A stretch of DNA of 64,000 bases from positions 32,001 through 96,000 of the IMG/VR virus record IMGVR_UViG_3300032138_000647. The stretch is one strand, 5' to 3'. A program made the translations under genes and the position numbers. This stretch comes from a virus. Taxonomy: Duplodnaviria; Caudoviricetes. Below are positions 1 through 11,300 of the stretch, piece by piece; position 1 is the stretch's first letter, and the number at the start of each line of letters is the position of its first letter. The notes under the pieces were generated by a model that was not told the DNA's origin, made no database searches, and worked only from the letters and a program-made list of their open reading frames with translations.

Positions 1-2323
1 GGAAGGCAACCTGAAGGATATGAATGCTGGATTTAAGCAGCAAGAAGCTTTGATGAACAAGAGGAACACGGTAAATAACCAGCTACTCCTGACAGAAGAA
101 GAGCGGGAGAAGATGGAGAAGCGGCTCGCGGGAGAACAATTAAAAGCTGCTACTCTGATCGGCAAGTCTGTAAAGACCGAGGCAGAACTTGAAGCTGCCA
201 TGAGTTCATTGGCAAACGATACCATTGGTAGCTCAGAAGCTGAAATGGATGCTGCTAGGTCGGCGTTCTTTGTAGCTCAGGCTAACAGGGAATTAGCAAA
301 GTCAAACGCAGACCTGATCAAGATTACTTCCGCATTTCAGCGTGCTACCAGCGCTGTCGATAACTTTGTCAACGGCTTGGAGACTGGAACCAATAGGTTC
401 GACTCTATTGTTAGCGATCTAGAAATGTCTCAACAGAATATCGCCCTTGGTCAGGGTGGGGTTGCCTCTGTGGACGCTGCCAGAGATGCCACAATGAAGG
501 GATTAGAAAGGGCTGGTGTTCGTGGTGACTCTGATGTTGGACAAGCTGTAGATAGGTCGTTTAAAACTATGGAGAATACAGCTTCATTCATGTCCAACCT
601 GCCGGGCAAACTAGAAAATCTAAACTTTGGAGAAGATAAGTCGGCAGCAGGAGCAAGGGATACAATACGATCACAGCTTATGACTGCCGACATGGACCCG
701 AAGCTCAAGGGCGCTATTGAAAAAGCCATGGCGGGAATGAGCGATCAGCAGCTAGAAGCCATAGCTAAGGGCGAGGGAGACATATCTCAACTGCTTAAGG
801 GTGTTGGCACACAAATGAACAAGCTGGGACAAGCTGGCTTGGAAGCGGCCAAAGCTCTACAAAAACATGAAGCCACTATCATTAAGCTGACTCAGAAGAG
901 AATTCAAGCTGAGGCGAATTATATAGTAGCTCAGAAGAAGTCTATTGACATAATGATGGAAGCCAATGAAATCATTGCTAAAGTCGGTGGGCCAGCAGTA
1001 ACTCCAGAGATGAAAACTCAGGCTACTCTAGCCAAGGCTAATCTCGGCAGTGATAAACTTGGGTTAACACAACTTAAGACGGGGAGTGCAGATGAACTAA
1101 GGCAGCGGACAAATGAGATTATGCAAAAGTTTGGTCAGCAAGAAATAGCTGGCAGAACTCCAGATACGTTTAGTGGATCGCAGGGATTAGACGACGATAA
1201 ACGAGCAGATCTACAAAAGGCAATGCAGGATCAGATTTCCCTACACAAAGAGCTAATCAAGGGTAAGATGGAAGAACTGAAGATCCTTGATAAGAAGAAT
1301 GCCTTAGAAAAATCATCACTGGAAGATGCCCTCAAGGGAGACATGCAGTCATTCCTTAAGAAGCAGGCTGCTGTAGGAGCTACGGCTGCTGCTGCGTCAG
1401 GCGACCAGAGAATGATGAGAATGTTTGGAGTAGATGCTATTGCTGAAGCCTTTAGCAATGTAGAAAAGATGAAGCAAGAGGGAGTTCAGGACGTACACGG
1501 GGTTAATATACAGGACGTTTCTCGAAGCTTAGCCTCCACCGGCTTGGCCATGAGAGGTCTTGGCAGCGATCCTCGGATGACTGATATGCTTGCCGGGCAG
1601 ATGCCAGAACAGGAAGCTTTGAAGAATGAGATCAAGGACTTAGCTGTAGGTCTTTCAGAAACCGGTCAGGGTGCGGCGCAGCTTGCAGAGATGCAAGTTC
1701 AGACAGCAAATATTACAATTGCCACTGCCAACTTCAAGTTTAATCAGCAACTCAATCAGGCGGCTGGATTGTTTGGTGGTGGAGCCGGTGTTGACGCGAG
1801 GCGATGGGGCGGAATGATACATGCAAGCAAAGGTATGTTCATTCCTAGGGGAACCGACACTGTACCCGCCATGTTGACTCCCGGCGAGTTTGTAGTTAGA
1901 AAAGAAAGCGTTAACAGAGGAAATAATCTACAGCTTCTGAGAGGCATGAATAGCGGCTCTGTAGTTTCCGATGGGTCTATAGGGTTCTCTCGCGGTGGAC
2001 AGGTTGGATACTACCAGCGTGGTGGCACAGTAGATGGTGGCGCGGGCATAGGATTAGATCCTACCGTAGCAAATAACTTATCTGCTAGTTTAATTGCCTT
2101 CAATAAAGACTTGGCGGCAAATATTTCTTCACTAGAAAATATGAAATTCCAGATACGTCTGGATACAACTAATATCAATGTAAACCTAAACGGTACTAGC
2201 TTCTTGGCACAACTTAAGGATAGCTTGAAAGAAGAGCTACTGGCCGAGGTTGGATCACGCATCAAGGAATTGAAATTCAATGACGCTGGAGAACCACAAT
2301 CTAGTTCTAGTGTATTAGGATAG
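1..2323 (+). CDS. Tail tape measure protein, C-terminal part (5'-truncated by the window edge)
   Basis: The frame is open from base 2, upstream of ATG 20. The protein is long, Ala/Gln/Lys/Met-rich and helical. It ends with the GGxIxASxG...GTDTVPAMLTPGEFVV...LLxxMN motif typical of tape-measure C-termini, and is followed by tail genes. Confidence 0.8.
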   Translation, partial: EGNLKDMNAGFKQQEALMNKRNTVNNQLLLTEEEREKMEKRLAGEQLKAATLIGKSVKTEAELEAAMSSLANDTIGSSEAEMDAARSAFFVAQANRELAKSNADLIKITSAFQRATSAVDNFVNGLETGTNRFDSIVSDLEMSQQNIALGQGGVASVDAARDATMKGLERAGVRGDSDVGQAVDRSFKTMENTASFMSNLPGKLENLNFGEDKSAAGARDTIRSQLMTADMDPKLKGAIEKAMAGMSDQQLEAIAKGEGDISQLLKGVGTQMNKLGQAGLEAAKALQKHEATIIKLTQKRIQAEANYIVAQKKSIDIMMEANEIIAKVGGPAVTPEMKTQATLAKANLGSDKLGLTQLKTGSADELRQRTNEIMQKFGQQEIAGRTPDTFSGSQGLDDDKRADLQKAMQDQISLHKELIKGKMEELKILDKKNALEKSSLEDALKGDMQSFLKKQAAVGATAAAASGDQRMMRMFGVDAIAEAFSNVEKMKQEGVQDVHGVNIQDVSRSLASTGLAMRGLGSDPRMTDMLAGQMPEQEALKNEIKDLAVGLSETGQGAAQLAEMQVQTANITIATANFKFNQQLNQAAGLFGGGAGVDARRWGGMIHASKGMFIPRGTDTVPAMLTPGEFVVRKESVNRGNNLQLLRGMNSGSVVSDGSIGFSRGGQVGYYQRGGTVDGGAGIGLDPTVANNLSASLIAFNKDLAANISSLENMKFQIRLDTTNINVNLNGTSFLAQLKDSLKEELLAEVGSRIKELKFNDAGEPQSSSSVLG
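2310..2323 (+). promoter_or_regulatory. Putative phage late-promoter motif GTGTATTAGGATAG, followed by RBS GAGGAG
   Basis: The GTGTAT(A/T) core recurs at 14522 and 29123, with a GAGTATAAAT variant at 30527, mostly just upstream of + strand gene starts. Confidence 0.35.
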
Positions 2324-2335
2324 AGGAGTAGGGCG

Positions 2336-5300
2336 ATGTCTCTAGAATGTCTATGTGTTAGACATGGAAGCGGAAAGGCGCAAGCTTCTGGCGGCGTACT
2401 TAGGGCTAAGCTTAGCTGTGCTCCAGCCTGCGTTATCGCCAAGCCTACCGGTAGAGGGTCTATTAAGGCTCTCATGCGGCGAGAAAGAGGCGGTAGCGCC
2501 AAGCTCACGGCTACCGGCCACATAACTGGTGGCGAAGTTGTGGATGTCGCATTTGAGAACTCAACCGTTAGAGCCTTAAAGCCCCGCCTAGCAGTAGACT
2601 TTTATCTTGGAGGGGCATGGGAGGATAGGAGTGTAGGGGAGGGAGATGACGACAGTTGGATTCCGCCTCAATTTCATGGTCATGGACACACCCATTATGG
2701 TAAGAAGGTAAACCCTGTTGGGGTATTTAGCATAACTCCCGGACTAACTCAGGTTCATAATCCAAGCAAAAGATTTAAAGCTACGGGTAGTCTACGAGCT
2801 AAATACGCAGACAAGTTTGCTGGTAGCTTTAATGACTTTGGCTGCTTCCATAAGCTGTATCCCATAAAAGATATAGACGTATTATATGATGGCGGGTACT
2901 TTGTTAACGAGTCTAACAACAGCGGCAATCTCTATGACAGCGTGGACGAGGGTGTATTTACAGGCTCTTATCATACCCAGTCTGGTATTAGTTATCGCAT
3001 ATCTGACGATCTCAATACTTTTATTCAACCTTCTGCTGTCTATACTACCGGCAGATTCAGATATAAATGTGAAGTTACTAATCCAGCCGTAACCGCCAAG
3101 GATAGTAGATTTTATTTTAGAGCATCTGCTCCTAGGGAAAACTATTCCTCGAAGGTGCCACCAGTATATAAAGTCCAAAATATCAGGCTGGAAGATCCCT
3201 CTGGAAATCTCATTATTAAATATGAGAATATTAGTCTTAGGGGTGACGCAGATTATGATAGCTATCAGTATGTCAACTTTGGAACCTACGGAAGTAAGCC
3301 AGAAACAAACAATCTATTGCTCCATACTTGGCATGCCGACTATCCATTTATGGAAGAAGGTGCGGGGTACACCCTCAGCTTTGAGGTTGATGTCGAGTGC
3401 CTAGACGACCCGTTTGATCGAGGATTTGATCCGGGTTATGAAGACACCTGCGCTCTGTTGGACCCACAAGTTCCACACTCTGGAAATGATTACCTAGCCT
3501 TGGATGGCGCTCCGCTAGCCACTCAGACTCAGCGGCTATCATTCCTAAATCCCACTAATACGATTAGAATATCTGCCATTGAGATATGTAATAGTGGAGG
3601 GTTTGATACTCTGAGAGAGCAGTACATGCCTATTCACTTCGGCGTGCAGGAAACCGGCAGAAGAATGGAGAGGTGTATACTTCCATCATTAATTCCTACG
3701 TATGAGTTTGATGCTGGAGTATACCCCACGTCTAGCAGTGTGTGGTCAGACTCTATTACCGGACTTACGAACCAAAGCGGAGTGGGTGCTGGACATCTAA
3801 CATCACTCATTAGAAACCCATGTAAGAGTAGTGCAATTACTCTTAGTTCTGCTAATCAAGTCGCTGACTCAGGTAAGCTGCTCCTTGAGTTTAGACATCA
3901 GGCCCCCAAGACTGTTAGCGATTTTGCAGGAGGGGCCTTTGATGGCAGCTATCTTCTGAGAGAGTTCAGTGTATCCCATAGGTCAACATATACACCAGAT
4001 GATCATCCGTTTATTGTAGACTCCGTATATCTTAAGGTGTTAGCCAAAAAAGAAGTCGGAAGCAGGGACTATGCTTTAGATATTGTTGGGTGGAGTGACG
4101 ACAGGCTGCTCAATGTTACTTCGGCTGTGGGAGGATTTTTGCAAAATCCGTCTGGAAGCGAAAATAACTTCGCACCTATAAGTAGTGGCTTCAACCCCAC
4201 TAATGAGCTAGCCTTGGGCGGAGAGTCTTTATCTGATAAGAGCCAGTATTATGACGCTAGCGGAACCTGCAATGCTGGCGGCGATCACTACATCCTTTCT
4301 AATACCCCCATGGTCACAGGGACGAGTTTTGGCTGGTACGAAGTACCCCTTACTATATATGATGACTGTGTAACGCTTGGGAAATCTCCAGATTTTTCAC
4401 AAAGCTCCTTCTTTGAAAGGTTGTTCTTAGATATATTCCCGCTGCCTAGCGGGGCTTCTATAGCTGCGGCTGAATTGTGTGTTAAGTACAAGCCAGCTAA
4501 TGGTTTAAACCTAAATACTATTGGCTATGAGAGAATAAGCCGTATTGGAAAGACCAGAGAAGAAGGGAAGATCACTCCAATTGGCAGGCAGACCGCTGAT
4601 GATATCATAAATGCTGGTTCTGGCTTGTCATCTCTATCTGCTATATCAAATATACCACATGGCTTTACGACCCCAGACGACATTAAGTCTAACTACTCCA
4701 GAAGGTGGAGAGGCTTGGAAGGTATTGTTCAAGGCCCCTTCGATCCCGACATGTTTGGCTTTGGCTTTAAAAATCCAACACTAGACTTCCCGCTGCTTTC
4801 TGGTTTCTATGATTTTGATTATGATAACAACCTTATCATCAAGTCTAGACCGCTGGGTAGCGGGTTTGGTTCTGCCACGGGAACCATGACTACTAGCTAT
4901 AGCGAGCACCACTTTAAGAACCTTGGTTGGAGATTTAATAGTAGTGGACTGTTTAATCAGTCTTTGCCAGATCTGACTGGCCCGTATAGAACAACTGACT
5001 GGACTTCACTATCTAAGACTGGATTCAATTTTGAAAGTCATGAGCTACATGGGCAGATTGCTGACGCGTTTAATAATGTAGTTAGGCTATCAGGAGTTAA
5101 TTCTTATATTAACTTTGGTCATATAGATACAGTTAGCGGATTTTCTATCTACACACGATTTACACCGGATGCCAATGTTAGCGGTGTAGGATTTAACTTG
5201 TTTGAGTCTGGAGCACTTGTGTCCAAATGGGACGCCGGAAAGGATCTGGAGTTTGCTCTGGGTTATGAAAACGGATACCTATGTGGTTACGCAACAGACA

Positions 5301-8300
5301 AGGATGACAACCTTGTAAAGGTAAAGGACACAATTACCTATGACAAATATCAATACCCTCTTTCTGCGCTCTTAACATACAATGACAACAACTCTAGCGG
5401 ACTTAAGCTATACACAGATAATGAATTGCATTCTGGTGTGTTCAATACCCTAAGAGCTTCTTCAAGCGAGTTCTATAAAAAGACCGGCGACAGCAATATA
5501 GTTCTAGGATATTCACCCGGCTCAGGTGTCGGGATGAACATGTTTGTAAGCGAATTCGGTATTGGTACATATCACGAGTCAGGCTGTCATATTGTAGAAG
5601 CAGATCCCGATCTGACATTTAAAGAGATACTGGCAGAAAACTTCCTAGCTGGAAATAGAGTTAAATTCTGGGCCTCGGGTGAGCCTAGCAGTAACGATAG
5701 ATATAAGCTATGGAGTTATGTGGATGAAGATACCCTGAAGTGGGACTTGGGAGCATTTAAGGTTTGTGAGTTCAGTCCAGACTTTGACTTCTTTACTGAC
5801 AGGGAAGGTAGGGACTTAATCTCTATCAATATTAAGCATGACGGCTCTGGCTATTTGCAGAGAGTTGACATGCCAATGCCTGAGTCTATTAGTTATAGTG
5901 GTCTTGCCTATCATACCCAAATTGAAAACGACTTCTTAAGATTCAATCTATCAGATGCGTCAGATAACTTCTATACTGCCAACCACCCCAGAATTACTAA
6001 GAGTCTTCCTCAAGGCTATGCATTTGCAGACAGAGCCTTTGTCGTAGAGACAGTTCTTGAACATGAAACCCTGAATAGCATTGCGTGGCCAGACGGCAAG
6101 CTTGGTCCTAAGCTAATTGTTAGTTTGTACACAAAGAATCAGGAGCCAAGCTCTTTCTCCACAACCAATTATGGGCTAATCAATAGAGACATCCATTACC
6201 TCAAGCCGTCTGGTTGCTGGAGAAGAATTGATAGCACGTTTAATTACAACAGTTTCTTTGATGAGTCTGAAGAGTGGGCATTGTTCCCACCAACTAGGCG
6301 TCTGACGGAATTCAATAAGAAGTATTATTCGCAGGACGTGAATGATATGTTCTTGCAGTATGACTTGGTTTATCCTTCTGGTCCAGCATTTGAGTCCAGA
6401 GTAAATGTTCACAGTGCCCACGTAAGACTAGAAGACGCATTTATTGTTCCCACGGAAGTGTCGGGTAATGTAAATCTTACCACTAGTGGTGAGCAGAGAC
6501 CTAGGGAAACTCTTCCTCTGCACTCTATGACTATATGTCATCTGGACAACTTGTCTTCTGGACACAGATTCTGTTCGGGAATCTTGGAAGGTATTTATCC
6601 ATCTGGCCTTACCCTGTACACTCAGGGGCCAACTAGAATAGACTCGCTGTTTGATGGTTCTGGAATGACGCTCTTTACGTCTGGAGCTATTCACCTTCTA
6701 GGTAGCGGTTTCTTCAATCTACTTGCGTCAGGCGGAAGCCTTGGTTCTGCTGGATCATCTGGAACAGGCGGCGTCGGCGGAGAAGACTTCCTAGGAATGA
6801 ACCTTTATGTTTCTGGGCAATATGCACTATCTGCCAGAATGCCGCTGTTTGCATTTAATAACCAGATATCTTTCCGACACGGCTTTGGACCCTTCTATGT
6901 TTATGGTACTGAAAATGGAAACCATTCTGGAGTGAATGGACATTTCTATCCGCTATACACAAACAGGTCCGCAGCGGAATCTGATAGCAGCGATGGTTTG
7001 GCTCACGCGCATACGTTTACGGAATATCCGGGAATAACTTTCTATATGCCCCACAGTGACCAGAACCATGGCATTGATAAGGCCCCATCTTATCTAATAA
7101 ATTATGATGTCTTCCCGAAATATCCAGCACTTAATCTGAACACCCACGCCTCTACCCACACTGGACATTTCAGTCATATTCCGATCTATCTGCATCAGTA
7201 TGCAGAGTCTGTTAGAAGCGATGAAACTAGCAGTCTTAACATGTACACTAAAGCTTTGGGGGCCTTGGCGAGTCGGTATACTGACGGATTCTTCAACTTG
7301 TATACAGGTTCGCCAGCCACGCCATCTGCCAAGATGCCGCTGGTTATCTGGAACGATATAAGTCTTATTCCTAGCCTTGCAAGCGGCAGCTTCAATCTCC
7401 ATACCGCTACATTTGGAGCCGGTCTTGGGGCGGATTATATGACTTGGAATGAGTATAATTATGGACACGATATAACTATTGATGATAATAGCTTTGCCAC
7501 CCTAGAAGCAGATGATGAGATTCGAGGGGTGGACATGGTCTGCTACGGAGCTTGTGACGCTGACGGAAACGAAAAGTGCAATGATCCTCCAGTATTCACC
7601 CACGACGTTGTGTGGCGTCCCGAGTCGTGTGTAACCGGAGGTATCTTCAGACCCTTTGCTACCTATACTAACTTAGATACCAGAGGCTTTAATACCGATG
7701 TTGGGTATAGTGGTCACTTCTACGGAATGAGGAAGTATACAGACCTGAAACCCAACGCTCCATACGCTCTAACTTTGCGTGGATCTACTGGCACAACACG
7801 GAGCATTCCTCTACCAAGAGATTGGGAAGAGTGGGAATATGGATCAGTAGATGATGTAAAGTTCTCTGGCATTAAATTTATTGGTGACTATCCGTATCTT
7901 AGCGGACAAAAACCGATAACACCGCCTTCTGGCAGGATGGAAGGAGATAGGTACGGAAAGGCTATTTCTGTCACTGACGAACTGATGGTAGTTGGCGCAC
8001 CCCTGCATGAGTTTGATGAGCAAGGAGGAAATACATATTTCGACTCGGGAAACAGTCGGCTAGCTTGGGTTGGTGGCAGTGGGCTTACGGAAGCTGGTGC
8101 TGTTTATCTATACCGAAGAGGCCCTCAGCCCCAGTCTCCAAACATGCACCCAAGTGGACACAAAGCTTATTGGAATCTAGAGTCCAAGATTGTTTTGCCG
8201 TCTGCCTATAGAGGCGACTGGTTCCATTGGCTGCCGGGAACTATGTCGTTTGGCGGATTGCCCAAGCTTCCGGTTAGACAATGGGAGATAGGACAAGAGG

Positions 8301-11300
8301 GGAGAAGGCTTGGCCACTCCTTGGATGTCGCGTCTACAATCAAGACACCATCTCTCTATGAAACTAAAAGAGAGATCATAGTTGCTGGAGCACCACGAGG
8401 CTCGTGGTCAAGAGAGTTTGACGACGTTGTTACATCGCCAATTAAGGTGGCCGTCATGGTCTTTAGTGACGAATTTGTTTACAACGAAAGAAAAGCCTCA
8501 ATTATCAAAGCCAAGGTAGACGCCGTAAACATGCTCTACAGATACTACTCCTGTCCGCCAAGGGAGTTGGATTTGCAAGTTTTGGTATATGAACCAACTG
8601 GAGTGGGAGCACCCGGAGGGGGACTAATACAAGGTACACTAGACTGGATACACCACTCTAGAATACCTCGCAATACATATACTCATGGACAGGTGGACAA
8701 CACAGACGAAATAACCAGTGGGATCAAATCGCTATTTCACGAGGCTTTCCCTTATGACGTAACAAAGCCACACAATAACATTCCTCCGATTGTTGGCTTT
8801 TACATTGATGATAGTCGGTCACTTGGTAGAGAGGAGCTTACTCCCGCCATAGATCAATTTGTGGGTCATTACAATCAGTACAGTTTCTTAAGCGGCGTTC
8901 AAGACGTTTATGACGTTCAGGATAGCGGGCATATATATGAGTATATTCCCGCTGTCGATGCTGGAGAAGACTGGGTTAGGATGACCAACACTCTTACTGA
9001 CAGTCTGCTGGATAGCGGTAGGCTTATTAGAGATGATGGTCTTCGATTCATATGTAGTGAACTCGGTCTTGAATGTCAAAACCCAAACCTCAAGGAGTTT
9101 AACTTGCCACCAGCTAGTGGTGGTCGGGTATATATTTTCGAGAAAGAAAGCGGCGTATGGAATCTTATTCAAGAAATCAAGAGACCGGCCCTAGAGTTTT
9201 CAGAAAACGATCCAGATACCGATGCGGCGGCTGGTCTTGACGAAGGTGAAGGTGAATTCCTAAAGCCGGTACTTACCTTTGATGGCTTTGGACATGCCGT
9301 AGCAATTAGCAAAAACACGGAAGTTGTTTCTATTGGCTCTCCTTATGTGGAAGAAGCATGCTTGATTTATCAATACGATCCGGCAGAAAAGAATCGCTTA
9401 TACAGTCACGTTAAGTCTTGGTTAACATTCAAGAATGAAGACAAGCAGTACGATGACGTGCTAGCTAGATGGGAAGAATACGAAAGAACATTTGGAGACA
9501 TGGTTGCCTCTCAAATGATATATACTGAGCTTAGCCCTAGTGAAAAGTTTACTCTTAGGTCTGACCCTGAATATTGGCAAAATGATGTCAACGGATCAAT
9601 TCAGGAGTACAGAAAAATATTCCAGTATGGGTATTCAAACATCCACCATCGTGGCACTTGGCAGTTTATTCCTTCTAATTTTGCTCCTACCTCTAGATTG
9701 GGATGGAGCACGGCTGTTAGTGAGGACGGTGACACCGCCGTGTTTGGAGCACCAACCGACAGCTTCAACGAGTTTGACGACACCAACGTATACTATAAGT
9801 CCCATAACACTTGGTCGTCCTATGTAAACGCAGGCGCTGTTCGTGTGTTTGAGTCAAGAAAATATAATCCCCACTCTGGCGTAGTGGAATTCTATAAGTT
9901 TGGAAACTTGGATGAAAGCACTAGGCCGGTAAGCGCGAGAGCAGAAGACTATAACGACCTCCAGCATACTTTTGGAACAGAGAATATTCCGTTCCATAGA
10001 ACCAAGTTCACTGATGTGGAAATACCAAGAACTGCCGGGTTGGCATTTATCATTTCTCCAGAAATTGATGCGGCTAGTGACGAGGTTATAGAGAACATTA
10101 AGGATTGGCTTGCTCTTGGGGACAGAACTCTTGTTATTGCTGGAAATGATCCTGTCTGGGAGGGCAATGGAAAATACGAGACATCCAACAAGATTATCAA
10201 TAAGATTCTATCCAAGCTAGACTCTAGAATGAGACTACATCCTGCGCGGAACGAATATGAATCACTTCCGTCTTGTATGCCTTCCGGTAGGGCTAACGTT
10301 CTCCCATCCTTCTTCCCCGCAGGCGGTAGAAGTACAGAGGTTACCCCTCAAACTATGTTTGCGAAGGGTGTGGCAGATATTAGGATAGAGCTACCCACTT
10401 GGGGTACAGGATACTCTCCTTGTGATACCCTAAATACTAAGTGTGAACTTCCGTCTATGCATCAGGGAGATCTACGATTTCAGTGGGGAGCCGCTTGTAG
10501 AGTTGGTGGTAAATGTGACAAGATAAGAAGATACCCGGTCAACTGGCCATTCTTCTTTGGGACCATCCCGTGGCCATGCCCAACATGCGACCCCGACCCA
10601 CGCAAACCTCCTATTGGTCCCAATGAAGAACCTAAGCCGTTACTCGTTGCCGCAGAATACATACCGTCTATTACGATTACGTATCCAGCGTGGGACTCAA
10701 CACACACTGAGCCAATCATGTGTCGTCGCTGGATTGATAGGCCAGACATGGTTAGGTATGAGTATAACCCGGATTGCTTTGAGTCTGCTGAATTCACTTG
10801 GTCTGAAAATAGTGATGACTATACATCCGAAGACAGGGCTAGATATATTGACCCAGAAGAGTATGAAGGACGAGACGCCCTGATATATGCTAAGGGTAAA
10901 TCAAAAGATACCGATCCTCCGGTAAGGTCGTATGAAAACGTTTTGCCTGAGACTACACTGGTTAGTTCTGAGGCTTGGTCTGGCAATGCGACATCTAAGG
11001 TTGTTATGATTGCTGCTGTAACACCCGAAGGACATGCAGGCCCCGGAAGGTATAACCTCACCTATAAGGGGGACGACAACACGTCATTCTATCTCAATTT
11101 AACTACTAAGAAATGTGTAGGAAAAATACCAGAAGGCGGAGTAATTGCTCAGCTTGGTGGGTGGACAAAGCGTACAAGCTTCCAAGATGCGTTTATAGGT
11201 TCCCACCTTGGTGAGTGGGAAGGGAATGACTTCTATGGAAACAAGGGCGATGGCGGGCTTGGTCTGTTTAATACTAAGGGGTGGACATTAACAGAGAACT

